A stretch of DNA of 63,838 nt, counting the filler, from Rozella allomycis CSF55 (taxonomy: Eukaryota): NCBI GenBank assembly GCA_000442015.1. It is 11 parts of 11 records of this genome, joined end to end, with 100 filler letters (N's around TTAATTAATTAA, not from the genome) between each part and the next. Parts side by side here need not be neighbours in the genome. Positions count along the whole stretch, not along the records: positions 1 to 5,329 come from KE560909.1; positions 5,430 to 17,256 come from KE560910.1; 9 more parts are not named here. One strand, written 5' to 3'. How positions within the stretch are numbered: position 1 is the stretch's first letter; the number at the start of each line of letters is the position of its first letter. The notes beneath the pieces were generated by a model. It searched no databases, was not told the origin of the DNA, and saw nothing but the letters and a program-made list of their open reading frames with translations. Of the stretch, positions 1 through 13,170 are shown piece after piece. The position numbers were made by a program, and so were the translations under genes.

Positions 1-2308
1 GAGAAAGTTTCATGATCGCTAATTGGTCCTTCTTTGATAAAGCTTCATCGCCAGCGCCATTATCTTGTGATTGACTATCAAAGTTCGATTCCTTCTCAAC
101 TTCATCTTCTATTTTCATATCCACGGATTTTTTAAGAAACAAAGCTTTTGACATTTCAAGTTCGTCATCATTTTCGGTTTCCATTTCGACATTAACAGTA
201 CTCTGAACGCCTTGTTGTACATCATTCCGGTCTTCATTAGCCTCAGGTTGAGGGTAATCTGTTTTGTCAGGCTTACTCTCTTCAATTCTCACAGTTTTCT
301 CAACTTTACAGAAATTACAACCTTTAGCACTGCTATCAAAATTATTTGCATCAAATTCTTCAGCAGGCTTTTCCACAGATGAATCATGACTATCAGGCAA
401 GAATTCGAATTCATGTTCTAATTTGTTGACTGCTATTTCCTCAGGCGATTTATAGGCCGTTGATTGTAATTGAGAATATTCTTGTTCATGGGGACTAATC
501 TCAACTGTATTATCTTCATTTGTAACAAGAGATTTATAAGAAGCTTCGAGATTCTTTGACTATGTGACTCAAAGTGATAATTTACTGTTGATGTCTTTAC
601 ATATTCATATTCCAGGTGGGGAAACTTCCAGTTTTCGATCCATTGTTGCTTATCTAAAAGTTCTACATCCATGCTTTCTCGCTGAGATTTTGAGATAAAA
701 GGGATTGGTGCCATTTGCTCTATATCCTGATGGAGCTTGTTGTACTCGGCCTACATTGAAAAAATTGCTCACTATTACTTGTTCCGTCAGCTGAGCATAC
801 TGGTCATATAATTTCGCAGTCTTTTCAATGGTTAAATTCATAGTAAATTCATCAATAGCGCTTGGTTCGTCTCCATAATACTTTTGTTCAATACTCCCAG
901 CCAAAAACAATGCAATTTCGAAATCGTTAGAAAAGCTGTCATACTCTTGCGGCGGCAAAAGACTTTTAAAAATATCCAAGATATCATTCATCTCTTTTTC
1001 TTTGTTAAGAACTTCATCCCTACATTCGACTGCCAATTTTCGAAACTTAAAATTCTCTTCTTCCAGTCTTTTGACAGATACATAAATATCACTATCTTTC
1101 AAATCTGCAAGAGCTTTAACCCTGCTCTGTATCTTCGCATCTTTATCAATGCAATTACAACCAAAAAGTATTTCGGCACTACAATTCTCTTCTGGAAATC
1201 CTTCACAGGTACAAATACTGTCCACACCACAATCGCAATCGCGACCATCAGGAATATCACCACAATCCATGCACCTAATATCATGATAGTGTTTAACTGT
1301 TTCTCTTTCAGCTGAAAGTGCACTTGAATCGCCCGAAATCAAGTTCCTTATGTGAAGCGCCATCTCGTAAGCACTTTTAAAGGAAATTGATTCAAAATCT
1401 TTATTCGGAAGAACACTATAAAATATTTGCAGTGCAGATAACATGTAGTTGTTTATCATAGGAATTGCCCGAGATGCAACAAGACAATTTGTATCTGCTG
1501 CACTCTTGAAAAGTGAATGTTGCTGCTTAACTTTATGCACATACTCAGGCAACAGGTTGAATTCAATTCTACCAGCTTGAGAGCGCAAATTTGAAACAAT
1601 AAAATCACAATGACAGTCAGTAGTTGCTTCTTTTGCAAAATTGTTGGTTCCCCATAAACATTCCTCGTTAGTACATGCATTTTTATTCTCCGCTTGATTT
1701 GAAGGGGCCTCAATGACATCCTCTTTCTGTGGCTCAAGATTTGAAGGAGATGCAATACTATTGATAATATTCGTATGATGCTCCATGGCTGTTTCAGTAA
1801 ACTCTTCCGCGCTCTCAGACTCCGATTCTTGAGATACCTCAATGCCAGCATTAGATCGCATCTCAGAGGGGACTGTAGCATCATCTTGCCCCGACTCTTT
1901 TGAAACAGCTATTCTTTTAGCCTTTTTCCTTGAACGATAAGGTGTCCCCTTCAGGTTTGATATGCCCTCTTCGCGCTCCATCGTATTCAAAACAACGTTA
2001 ACACACTCTGTCAAAAAGACCAAATCTGCTGGTATTTTTAACCCAGCTGCTAGTTTCTTCTTCAAAGTAGATGATCCTTCGCACGTTTCGCGCAAACTCT
2101 CATTTTCTCGCAGCATCTTTTCCGCCTTTTTCCACTCNNNNNNNNNNNNNNNNNNNNNNNNNNNNNNNNNNNNNNNNNNNNNNNNNNNNNNNNNNNNNNN
2201 NNNNNNNNNNNNNNNNTTCTCAAAACATTTTCTCAAGTCTCCTGCCAGTATTGCGGCAAGATTTGTCGAAACATATAGTGATAACAAGAAAATATAAACA
2301 CAGTTCAT
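1..2308 (-). CDS. Orphan putative secreted protein (>700 aa, runs off the left edge) with a Cys cluster and acidic low-complexity tracts
   Basis: Signal-peptide-like start MNCVYIFLLSLYVSTNLAA. ORF 650-2323 joins the downstream frames through two short GT-AG introns (28 and 26 nt, near 770 and 575). The frame stays open to base 1. There is an N gap at 2138-2216. Confidence 0.7.
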
Positions 2309-2696
2309 AGTGGCTTGGCCCACATGCAGAACGCAAAATTACATGGGTTTGAGTGGCGCAAGTGTAGATGGCCGCGATTTGCGATATTTGTGGTTTAGCT
2401 TTCGCACTTCCAGTACCTGTTCGGCTGTTCTTTTTCTCCGACAATTTGACAAAATAAAATGTAACCTAAAATACTGTTTTATCATCATCTGTATACCAAT
2501 TTGCTTTCAGCCATTTAGGAATTGACGTAGCTACACGCTAAATTTAAGAAACATAATTTTTAAAAATTGTTAAAAACTGCCATCTATATGGACCGGGTAT
2601 TTGGAGTCCACACCCTGGCTGATAGACTGTCAAGTGTTAACATGATGGTTTATAATAGATGATTTTAAAAAATATGTAATAAAAAATACAATTTAT

Positions 2697-5329
2697 TTAA
2701 TTCAGCCTAGCCCTAAGCAAGATTTTCTCATAAGCGTCCTTTTTTGAATACAACAAAACGCCCATCCCCAGACAAGCACTCACTGAAAGACTAGAAATAA
2801 CAATAAGAAGAATACTTTGAGGGTCGCTATTATCATCAATTTCTTCTTTTTGCTTGTTTTCTTGAGGATTTCTTTCCAAATTGCTAGCTGGAACAGGATC
2901 AACTTGTTCTCTTTTTCGATTATTGATTTTAACTTTTTCGGGGGTTTTCTGCTTTGGAGATTTGTTTGCTCTTGCTTTCAAAATTTTTCGTTTGGATTTT
3001 GTTGGAGTGTTGGGGTGAGCTATGGGCTTGTTGGCGGGAGGGGAATTGTTTTTCGTGGGTGTTAAAGCTTCAATATTCATGTTGAATGGAGATGGCAAGA
3101 AATGGTTTGAATCGAGAGAGAAAGCCTTTTGATTTTCATTTAACGATTTCATTTTCTCAATAGAAGGTTTGGACGGAGAGATCTGAGGTTTAACATTGTT
3201 TGACGTGGTAATTTTAGCGCTTATTGGGTTAATGACTTCCGAACTCTTCATTCCAAATACATCATGGTCTTGAATTTGCTTTGTAACCGCCACTTTAGCA
3301 TGGTCATCTACTACTTCAGCATTGTCCACACTATTCTCAAATAAATCATCATTCTCTTCATCTCCATATTCGCTTGTCTCATCAACTTCTTCTTCAATTT
3401 CCGTATTTTCGTTGCTACCTTGAGTACTTTCATCGATTATCGGCTCAAGTTCACGATAATTTTTCACATCATTCTTGACTGTTTGTTTGGGAGCTTCATA
3501 GTTCTTTACATGTGAAATAACATTAAGTGCCGTTTTCTTTAATCCTTTAAAAAACTTTTTGGTCCAACTTGATTTAGCCTTGTCACCATTTTTGGCATCA
3601 ACATGTCCATCAACTTTAGTAATTTCCGGAATCGGATCGTGGAATTGTTCCTTTACATGAATGGTATTTGCAAACGAAGTATCCGTGTTAACATTATAAT
3701 TAGCATTTTGTTGATTATTCGTAATTCTCTCGTCTCGTGCCTGTGAATCTTTTGTTGTTAGTGCTTTATGTACACCATGGAAGTCCTGTCTTGAAGGACC
3801 TTGACCGAATGTGAAAGACTGGTCATTAACAGCAACATTGGCAACAACATATGGATTATTTGGGAATGAGAATTGTGATACGTCAATTGGTCGTACTTTA
3901 ATAGAAGGCCCAGATTTCTAAATTTAGGAAGATTAAAAAAGCTTACGTGAATATTAGGAGATTGTACTGCTTTGATTGGTGTCTTTTCAGTTGGAATATT
4001 CTCATGCGTATAATTATCAAGCTCTGTATTGNTTTGAATTGTTCCTTTGTATTTGCAAACGAAGTATCTGTATTAAAATTATAATTAGCATTTTGCTGAT
4101 TATTCGTAATTCTCTCGTCTCGTGTCTGTGAATCTTTTGTTGTTAGTGCTTTATGTACACTATGGAAGTCCTCTCTTGAAGGGCCTTGACCGAATGTGAA
4201 AGACTGGTCATTAACAGCAACATTGGCAACAACNTCTTCATCTTCATATTCGCTCGTCTCATCAGCTTCTTCTTCAGTTTCCGTATCGTCGTTGCTACCT
4301 TGAGTACTTTCATCGATTATCGGTTCAAGTTCACGATCAATTTTCACGTCATTCTTGACTGTTTGTTTGGGAGCTTCATAGTTCTTTACATGTGAAATAA
4401 CATTAAGTGCCGTTTTCTTTAATCCTTTAAAAAACTTTTTGGTCCAACTTGATTTAGCCTTGTCACCATTTTTGGCATCAACATGTCCATCAACTTTAGT
4501 AATTTCCGGAATCGGATCTTTGAATTGTTCCTTTGTATTTGCAAACGAAGTATCTGTATTAAAATTATAATTAGCATTTTGCTGATTATTCGTAATTCTC
4601 TCGTCTCGTGTCTGTGAATCTTTTGTTGTTAGTGCTTTATGTACACTATGGAAGTCCTCTCTTGAAGGGCCTTGACCGAAAGTGAAAGACTGGTCATTAA
4701 CAGCAACATTGGCAACAACATATGGATTATTTGGGAATGAGAATTGTGATACGTCAATTGGTCGTACTTTAATAGAAGGCCCAGATTTCTAAATTTAGGA
4801 AGATTAAAAAAGCTTACGTGGATATTAGCTGGTGCTGCTTTGATTGGTGTCTTTTCAGTTGGAATGTTTTCATGCGTATCGTTATCAAGATCTGTATTGT
4901 TTGAATTAGGCGAAATTGTATACGTTGGAGAGGTTGGAGAAACAATTCCTTTAAAAGAATTTGAATTTGCAATGTCAACATTGATTTTTGGTGGTACAGA
5001 TCTACTTCTTCCAGTTCTACGTTGAAGAATGTTTTTAGTTTGAGGCGAAGAAGAGGATTGGGTGTTTGTTGGAACATTTTGATTATCACAATCCGCATTG
5101 GGAACAATAAATCTTACTCTTGGCGGCACAGAAGTACATCTTCTTCCATAACGGTCTTGTTGGATTTGAGTCTTGACATCCTCAACTTGGTTATTACGAA
5201 AAGAAGTTCTTAAAGGTAAAGGTTCCGCTTCCGTTTCTAATTTCTCTGATGTATCAACATCACCACAAAAGACTTCATTACTGCATGCTTCTCTTTCATG
5301 GTCACTATCATTAGCTACTACTTGATCAG
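2697..5329 (-). CDS. Orphan Ser/Thr/Pro/acidic surface-type protein with a C-terminal TM anchor (5' end missing; internally duplicated by the assembly)
   Basis: C-terminus SILLIVISSLSVSACLGMGVLLYSKK. ORFs 2697-3467, 3943-4347 and 4629-5129 share duplicated blocks separated by n at 4032 and 4234. A 29-nt intron (GTAAGC...TTTAG) lies near 4790-4817. Confidence 0.65.
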
Positions 5330-5429
5330 NNNNNNNNNNNNNNNNNNNNNNNNNNNNNNNNNNNNNNNNNNNNTTAATTAATTAANNNNNNNNNNNNNNN
5401 NNNNNNNNNNNNNNNNNNNNNNNNNNNNN
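5330..5429. other. Artificial contig spacer N44-TTAATTAATTAA-N44. Identical spacers at 17257-17356, 20591-20690, 22729-22828, 23941-24040, 25390-25489, 31133-31232, 57662-57761, 58859-58958 and 62442-62541.
   Basis: The same 100-bp structure occurs ten times, and the 12-mer puts stop codons in all six frames. Confidence 0.98.
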
Positions 5430-5480
5430 TTTACATCTTTCCTAAAACTATAGAATTGTGGCTCAATTTTTAATTTATTG

Positions 5481-6189
5481 ATGAATGCATTTCGCTTTGA
5501 TAACCTTCGTCCAATTGATGTCGTTGAAATAAATCCTTGCATGGTATTAACAATACAAAAAGCCTCGTTGAATAAATCCAACGAGCAGAGCAGGGTTATA
5601 GGTATCGTATTTGGGGAGCATAGAGATGATTGTACATATTTGGAATCGGCATGCCCAATAAGTTTTAAGGAAACCGATGAGGAGGTACATTAAGTAATGA
5701 AATGCAATTTAGATTGGTGCTAGCATAAGTCAAATTAAGTCTGCTTTGGAATCAAATGCCTCTAGCTCAGATTCCAATAATATTACAATGGTAGGTTGGT
5801 TTTCAACTGGCGAAAAACCCGACGAGTTGACTGCTGCGTTTCATGATCAACTTGGCAAGCTCTTTAGAATTAAGAATTTGATTTATTTCATGTTCGATCC
5901 TAGCAAAGAAAGCATTCATGCGTACATTTCAAAGCCGATTGGTGCATCGAGTGGTCTATTTTTCATCAAACTGAAATATTACTTTGACAATAAAGAAAAA
6001 CGGCGTAAACCGGCAAATGAGATTGAAGGGATTGAATTCATTCAAAAATTAATAAAAAGAGGAATAGAATCGATCAATGAAAATAAGAAAATTACTAACG
6101 AGCCAAGAAAGCTGTCGGTTGAATTAAGACGCCTGTTATTGCTCACTAATTTTCAGGTACAAAGTATATTACAGGAATAATAGAAATAA
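5481..6189 (+). CDS. MPN/JAB-domain protein, eIF3 subunit f-like (divergent)
   Basis: VEINPCMVLTI...QSRVIGIVFG...ESACPISFKE and MVGWFSTG match MPN-minus motifs (RVIGxLxG, VGWY/FxTG). Short intron after TDEE. The 3' end is approximate. Confidence 0.7.
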
Positions 6190-6227
6190 TAATGTTGTAC
6201 ATAATAAAAATAAGGTATAAAAGTGAT

Positions 6228-6908
6228 TTAATTGATATCTGGGAGTTTTTCTGCATTGGCTCTCCTCCACTTTCTCTCTTTACGCTTTTGATCATATCTA
6301 GCTTGCCTTTCTAATTTTTTTCTCTCTTTTTCAGCCCTCTTTGCATCACGTCTTTCCTTTCTTTGTCTTTGTTTTTCACGTCTTTGTAGTCTTGTCGCCT
6401 TTAATCTCTTTTTCCTCTTTTGCCTATTCATTTTCCTTCTTCTTAATTGTCTTGGTGAGACTACTTCCATGACTGGTAGAATGCCTCTAACTATCTGAGC
6501 GCGCAACTTGTTCTTAATTTCTAGCCATTCCTCTTCGTCAATGAACGTTGGGACAACTCCTTGTCGATTACATTTTGATAATTGGTTGCCAATGCTACTT
6601 TGTTCCTGATTAGGCAATTTTGTAATGTCAGAGTAATCGTCTAATCAAATATTTTAAAAGGAATTACCAAACGGATCATACCGATTATCGTCTTCACCAT
6701 TTTTGTGTGTTTTCAAAAATGATTCCAATTCTTGTTCAGGAATCTTCTTCAGCAATAATCGCAACGCAGGAATTGTCTTTGTTTTTGACTGCATGGCCTT
6801 TGACGATGCTATTACTCCTGGAATTTGAGAAGACGAAATGAATCCAGGTTTAAAGTGAGGAGACACATGAAAGTGTCTAAGAAAGGGACGAAATAAGGGA
6901 AGATACAT
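6228..6908 (-). CDS. Mitochondrial protein with a DUF1713 / mS38 (Cox24/AURKAIP1)-like basic motif
   Basis: Presequence-like start MYLPLFRPFLRHFHVS. A 27-nt intron at 6641-6667 joins two ORFs in frame. The motif MEVVSPRQLRRRKMNRQKRKKRLKATR resembles the mS38 signature. Confidence 0.6.
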
Positions 6909-6999
6909 TTATGGTCTTGAAATTTCGAAAATACGTTGCATATAAATATGGTAAGCTTTGATGGATTGGAATCATTTAATATTGAAATTTATTTCATAT

Positions 7000-9900
7000 T
7001 TAAATGATGGTATCAACAAAAGAACTATCCAAAGAGCCCTCGTATGCGCCTGTTCTACTCAGCAATTTGTTTGAAAGTTTATGTAGATTGATCTTTTCAG
7101 AAGAGAGGTGAGGTGCAGGTAGAATTATGTCGCTTTCTTTCGGAAGATCTTGAAGAACCAGACTTACAGTTTCCTGAACCTCTTCTTGAGTCATATATTC
7201 GCCTAATGTAAAGACAGTCACATATTTACCAAAATACTGAAGAAGATTTACGAGCTCATTCATTAAAGGGGTATCGTTCGGATCAGCTTTAGTCATAGCA
7301 GTTTTTATGTTGTCTAGGAGAAATACTTCATCTGGCTCAAAAGCCGGTCGATGATTAACGTACACTATTTAAATAAATCAAAAGAAACTACGTTGAATGA
7401 GTTCATTTAGAGAAATTTTACTATTGTATTCAGCCGAATTTAGAACGTCTTTGTATCGGATTTCGTTCAAGAGATTTTCAGCATCAAATTCAGATAAAAA
7501 CACGCCAAGGGCCTGAAAAACCAAAACAACTTGGGAAATGGGAAGATAATCTGAAGCTATTCGCTTGCTTGATGATTGAAATCCCTGGTCATAAAGTTGG
7601 GCAAAATAGAATAAATCTTCAATCTTTTTGTATACTGGACCATTAAAGCCTCCATCTAGCATTGAAATGAAAGGATCGAAACCAGATCCTCCCAATTGGC
7701 ATTGCGCTTCAAAAGCATCAAAATCCGTCTTCCACATGTTGATACAATAATCATCTCCACCACATGTAAAAAGATAAGCACCATCGCTGGAATATTTTAG
7801 ATTAAAAATCTGTATTTTCTCTTCAAATTTCTTACTGATTTTGAATGGCCTGTTAGGCCAATAGTCTTCATTGGGTTACCGTCAATTGGCGCCTTAATTA
7901 ACCCCACGATTTTGTCTTCGCTCGCATAACTCAAATAGATTGTTTTATCTCTTTTGGAGCATTTTGGTGGTAAAAATGCTAAACTCATTGAAAAATTAAA
8001 GTTATTCTACTGTCGAATATTTCCTGCATAGATTGGGGCACAGAATGTATATCGACACATAAAAGAATCTGCTCTATAAATCCTAAATTTAAACTCAGTG
8101 TTGCAGGTCAAGAGATATCGTTCCTTTGTCCAACCAGGAAAGTACCAAGTAGCCCCTGTGATTGCAGCCCTTTGCTCCAATGCCTTTCGGAACTCTCTTT
8201 CATTTATAGTTTTCATTACTTTTATTTTTAAACCGTCTTGGATATTTGATGATTGTAGGTCGAATTCAACTAGATGTCTGTCTTCACTAACAGATATCAA
8301 TCGTAACTGATTGCCATCTTCAGCGGGACAAAATAAAACATCTTTCATAAAATTTAAATGAAAATTACTTTTGATTTCTTTTGAATGCACTCTATACTTT
8401 CCCAAATATATCCATTTCTCTGCTACCAATTTCAATAACGCCAGTGCATGTTGAGAATCAGAGATGGCACAAAATTCATTATCCGGAGAAAATTCTACTC
8501 TAGTTATTCTATGCTTCCCTATTTCAAAAGAACCTTCATTCAACGTTCCAAAGGTTTGGCTATCGATTAAAGTTAAAATACCGTCTTCGAATCCAACAGC
8601 CACNTAATTTCAATAACGCCAGTGCATGTTGGGAATCAGCGATGGCACAAAATTCGTTATCCGGAGAAAATTCTATTTTAATTATTCTATGCTTTCCTAT
8701 TTCAAAAGAACCGTCAATCAACGTTCCGAAAGTTCGGCTATCGATTAAAGTTAAAATACCGTCTTCGAATCCAACAGCCACTATCTTTCCATCATGAGAA
8801 AATGACAGAGAACTTATCGATTGATTCTTAAATTCTTTTTTCACCACCACCTTTTTATCGTCAAAATTCCATAATTGTAAATGCCCTTGACACTTTTAAA
8901 CTGGATGGATACCTTTTGAACCGCCACTTACAAGAAGAGATTCNGACCAACTTTTTATCCTCAAAATTCCATAATTGTAAATGCCCTTGACATTTTCAAA
9001 TTGGATGGATACCTTTTGAACCGCCACTTACAAGAAGAGATTCATTTGGGTGAACGTCTATGGCGTATACATGTGAAGGTTGATTGTTCATTAATGTTGT
9101 AATTGTAAAGGGAGAACTGTTGTCAATATTTACGTTGAGCAAGTTGATTGCCCCATCTCTAGAAACAACAGCAATCTCTAAATCTAGCAATTTAACTAAT
9201 TATGTTCTATAACCTTTTTCATTAAATTTTGGAGTGGCAGAAATGAAAGATAATGGGCCCCTTTTCAGCTTATCTATTGAATTAACCAATTTAAGCTTTT
9301 TGAAAAGCTATTCGCCTCTTACATTATTATCAAATATTTTTATCGAGCCTTCCTCGCCCGCTGTAATGATAAATTGACGATGGACATTCAAGATTGCATT
9401 CACTGATGAATTATGTAATCTAAATTGAAGAATGTGCTATTCATACTTTATAAATTTGATGGCAGATCGATGGCCCATTTCACTTTTCTGTGAAATGTTC
9501 TTCAAATTTCTTTGGTCCCAAACAATGAGTTCTCCGGTGCTCGTTCCTGTAATTATTTGGCCTACAGATTCTACGAAACAAGATTCAGTTAACTCTGAAA
9601 GATTTATATTAAATTCTCTTTGAAAATTTGCCAGATATATTACTTTGCATTCACATCCGGGCTAAATTGTACGACACCCATAGCCTTGTCCCATACAAAG
9701 CATTTCAAGCTTCTTCTTCCATTAGAAACGATTTCAAATGATGTATCAGGATTGAATAGCAAGCAATCATGGAAATCTTCAGCTTCAATCTCCACTTCGA
9801 ATAATGGATTGTTATCTGCAAGAGTCCATTCCCATATTGCTAATTTTTGTGGCATGTCTATGTTGACAGTAAATATTTGCTACTTGCTGAAAGTGATGCA

Positions 9901-10329
9901 AAATATTTCCCACATTTACTCATTGATAAAGCACAGGAACCGATTCCATTATGTGGATCGAATATTGTCTTTATCGGCATCCCGCTTTTTGAATCCCAGA
10001 TAATAATCATTGAATCTTCCCCGGCATCACCAGTAAGTAACCATTTATTATCGTAACTCGCACCATTCGCAACTATTTCGTTTCTCTATTTTGCACATCA
10101 ATAAAAACATACATGCCCTTTTAGATGGACCTGACTTTTTTCATTAATGTCATAAATTATTCCTGTGTGTCCTATAGTGTAAAATAATTTCTATTTGGAT
10201 AAATTGAAGAGAATACCTTTTGAGATTCATCGATCAAGTTGTGAAATCCTTTGGGAATATCTTGATTTATTCCATAAGACCAATGAAGATCCTTTTAACA
10301 TCTGCATTATTTGTTACCAACGAATTCAT
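7000..10329 (-). CDS. CFAP251: Cilia- and flagella-associated protein 251 (WDR66), WD40 repeats plus an EF-hand-like C-terminus; multi-exon
   Basis: LHWSYGINQDIP..HNL, QKLAIWEWT, WIYLGKYRVH, SEDRHLVEFDL, PIDGNPMKTIGLTGH, GGFNGPVYKKIEDLFYFAQL, TLGEYMTQEE. Many 26-30 nt introns. Internal haplotype duplications at n 8604 and 8944. Confidence 0.85.
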
Positions 10330-10426
10330 TGAATCTGGGGCGCAGTATGTAAACAAACCTATGTTTGAAGTAATACATTGGATAGCAGAATATGAATTGT
10401 AAAAAAATAGTTTGCCTCAATTTTAT

Positions 10427-11645
10427 TTATTGCAAAATGGTATTCTTTATTATTTTCCATGTAATGTCATGCTCGTGAATGTCATTATGTGAGGCGTGAT
10501 TCAATTGCAGATATTGAGCTTGGTTACTCAAAGAAACAAACAAAGATCCTTCGCTATATTGATATTCTTGATACTTTGAAGGCTTTATTACGTCTGTAGT
10601 GTTCAATATTTTCATGAAGAGGTTCTTTGATTGTGCCGCGGGGATGACTGCGTCGACTTGACCGTGAATTAATAAGATTGGACATTTGAGAGTGCCAATT
10701 ATCTCTTCGGTATTAAATTTAACATGAATCATATTTTTTAAAATACTTTGAAAGCCAATAAAACTTGAAAACGGTCTCAACAATGGAAACCCGCCATAGT
10801 CCATGACTAATTGTGCAACGCCTTGAAAAGCTCCAAATGTTATAAAACCCCCAATATTTATATCTATTCTTCGATGTTCAATATTTTACATTTTTGCTCC
10901 AATTTTCTCACTACTTGTGCACCCACAGCTGATCCTAAACTGTGCGCTAAAATATANTACCCGTAGCCTTGTCCCATACAAAGCATTTCAAGCTTCTTCT
11001 CCCATTAGAAACAATTTCAAATGACGTATCAGGATTGAATAACAAGCAATCATGGAAATCATCAGTTTCAATTTCCACTTCGAACAATGGATTGTTATCT
11101 GCAAGTGTCCATTCCCATATTGCTAATTTTTGTGGCATGTCTATTTTGACAGTAACTGTTTGCTACTTGCTGAAAGTGATGCAACATATTTCCCACATTT
11201 ACTCATTGATAGAGCACAGGATCCGATTCCATTATGCGGATCGAATATTGTCTTTATCGGCATCCCGCTTTTTGAATCCCAGATAATAATCATTGAATCT
11301 TCCCCGGCATCACCAGTAAGTAACCATTTATTATCGTAACTCGCACCATTCGCAACTATTTCGTTTCTCTATTTTGCACATCAATAAAAACATACATGCC
11401 CTTTTAGATGGACCTGACTTTTTTCATTAATGTCATAAATTATTCCTGTGTGTCCTATAGTGTAAAANTGCATCTTGATGATAGAAGATTCGCTTCGTTT
11501 TTCACGATCAATTAAAATATTTTCTGGTATAATATGCCATAATCCTAGTGATACTTCGTCATCTACAAACAATTTGACATTTCTAACTCTATTTTCTATT
11601 TAAAGATTTGAAATGTGTTACTGGAGAAGCCATATTGGGTGGGAT
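10427..11645 (-). repeat. Alternate-haplotype fragments: ABHD12-like 3' part (10427-10956), CFAP251 piece (10958-11467) and ABHD12-like piece (11469-11645)
   Basis: Near-identical to 11713-12240, 9680-10185 and 12603-12778 respectively, each bounded by a single n. Confidence 0.85.
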
Positions 11646-11712
11646 NCTGTTTGAAGTAAAACATTGGATAGCAGAATACGAACTGTAAAAAAATAGTTTG
11701 CCTCAATTTTAT

Positions 11713-13003
11713 TTATTGCAAAATGGTATTCTTTATTATTTTCCATGTAATGTCATGCTCGTGAATGTCATTATGTGAGGCGTGATTCAATTGCAGATAT
11801 TGAGCTTGGTTACTCAAAGAAACAAACAAAGATCCTTCGCTATATTGATATTCTTGATACTTTGAAGGCTTTATTACGTCTGTAGTGTTCAATATTTTCA
11901 TGAAGAGGTTCTTTGATTGTGCCGCGGGGATGACTGCGTCGACTTGACCGTGAATTAATAAGATTGGACATTTGAGAGTGCCAATTATCTCTTCGGTATT
12001 AAATTTAACATGAATCATATTTTTTAAAATACTTTGAAAGCCAATAAAACTTGAAAACGGTCTCAACAATGGAAACCCGCCATAGTCCATGACTAATTGT
12101 GCAACGCCTTGAAAAGCTCCAAATGTTATAAAACCCCCAATATTTATATCTATGCGTCGATATTCAATATTTTACATTTTTGCTCTAATTTCCTCACTGC
12201 TTGTGCACCCACAGCTGATCCTAAACTGTGCGCTAAAATATAAATTTTGGAGGCATTTGGAACTATTAAGTGATTATTAGAGTCTTACTTCGTTTTAAAA
12301 CCCATTCAATAACGGCAACTGAATCATCTACAAGCCCAATTTCACTTGGTTCTCCACTAGAGTCCCCAAACCCTCTATAGTCGAATGCAATAACATGCGA
12401 ATTCTCAAAGTGATTAAGAATTTTCTTTGTTCAAATACTAAACAATTTACATTGTAAGTTCCAACTCTATGCTTCGCACTTCTATCTTGGGCATTTCCGT
12501 GCAAATACACAAAAACATGATTTGCGCGAGCTAATGCTTCGTCATAAACTTTATCAATGTCTTCGTCATAGTATTGCAAAAATTCTTGATTGATTTCAGT
12601 GCGCATCTTGATTATAGAAGATTCGCTTCGTTTTTCACGATCAATTAATAAATTTTCTGGTATAATATGCCATAATCCTAGGGATACTTCATCATCTACA
12701 AACAATTTGACATTTCTAACTCTATTTCCTATTTAAAGATTTGGTATGTGTTACTGGAGAAGCCATATTGCGTGGGATCAGACAAATTGCTTGTTTCAAA
12801 AGGTAATCTATTTAACCAATTCATATATATGATCAGGTTTTGACCCTTATGAGAAAGTGCGAATACAGCAACAATAGTCTATAAAAATTAACGCAAATTG
12901 CTACAATGTATGTCAATATGAACGTCAAAATTGATTTATATGGCCACCAGGTCTTTGTTTTTAATACTTTCTTGTCTTCATGATGAAGGTTTTTCCCTCC
13001 CAT
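11713..13003 (-). CDS. ABHD12/Bem46-like alpha/beta hydrolase with an N-terminal membrane anchor
   Basis: LGLWHIIP, VYLHGNAQDRSAKHRV, FDYRGFGDS, nucleophile elbow ILAHSLGSAV (~12210-12240), PILLIHGQVDAVIP and a final His in ASHNDIH. Confidence 0.85.
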
Positions 13004-13170
13004 CCAAATAAAGATCCAGAAATTTCCCATTTGAAGGGTCTGTTTCATAATAGTGATCATCCATGAGAATTCTACAAGGATGAAGGAAAGTGAATAAAAA
13101 AGTTAAAAGATACACTAGAAACGGTAGTAGCAATTCAAAAGTCAAATACAAATAATGTTTTATTAACATG

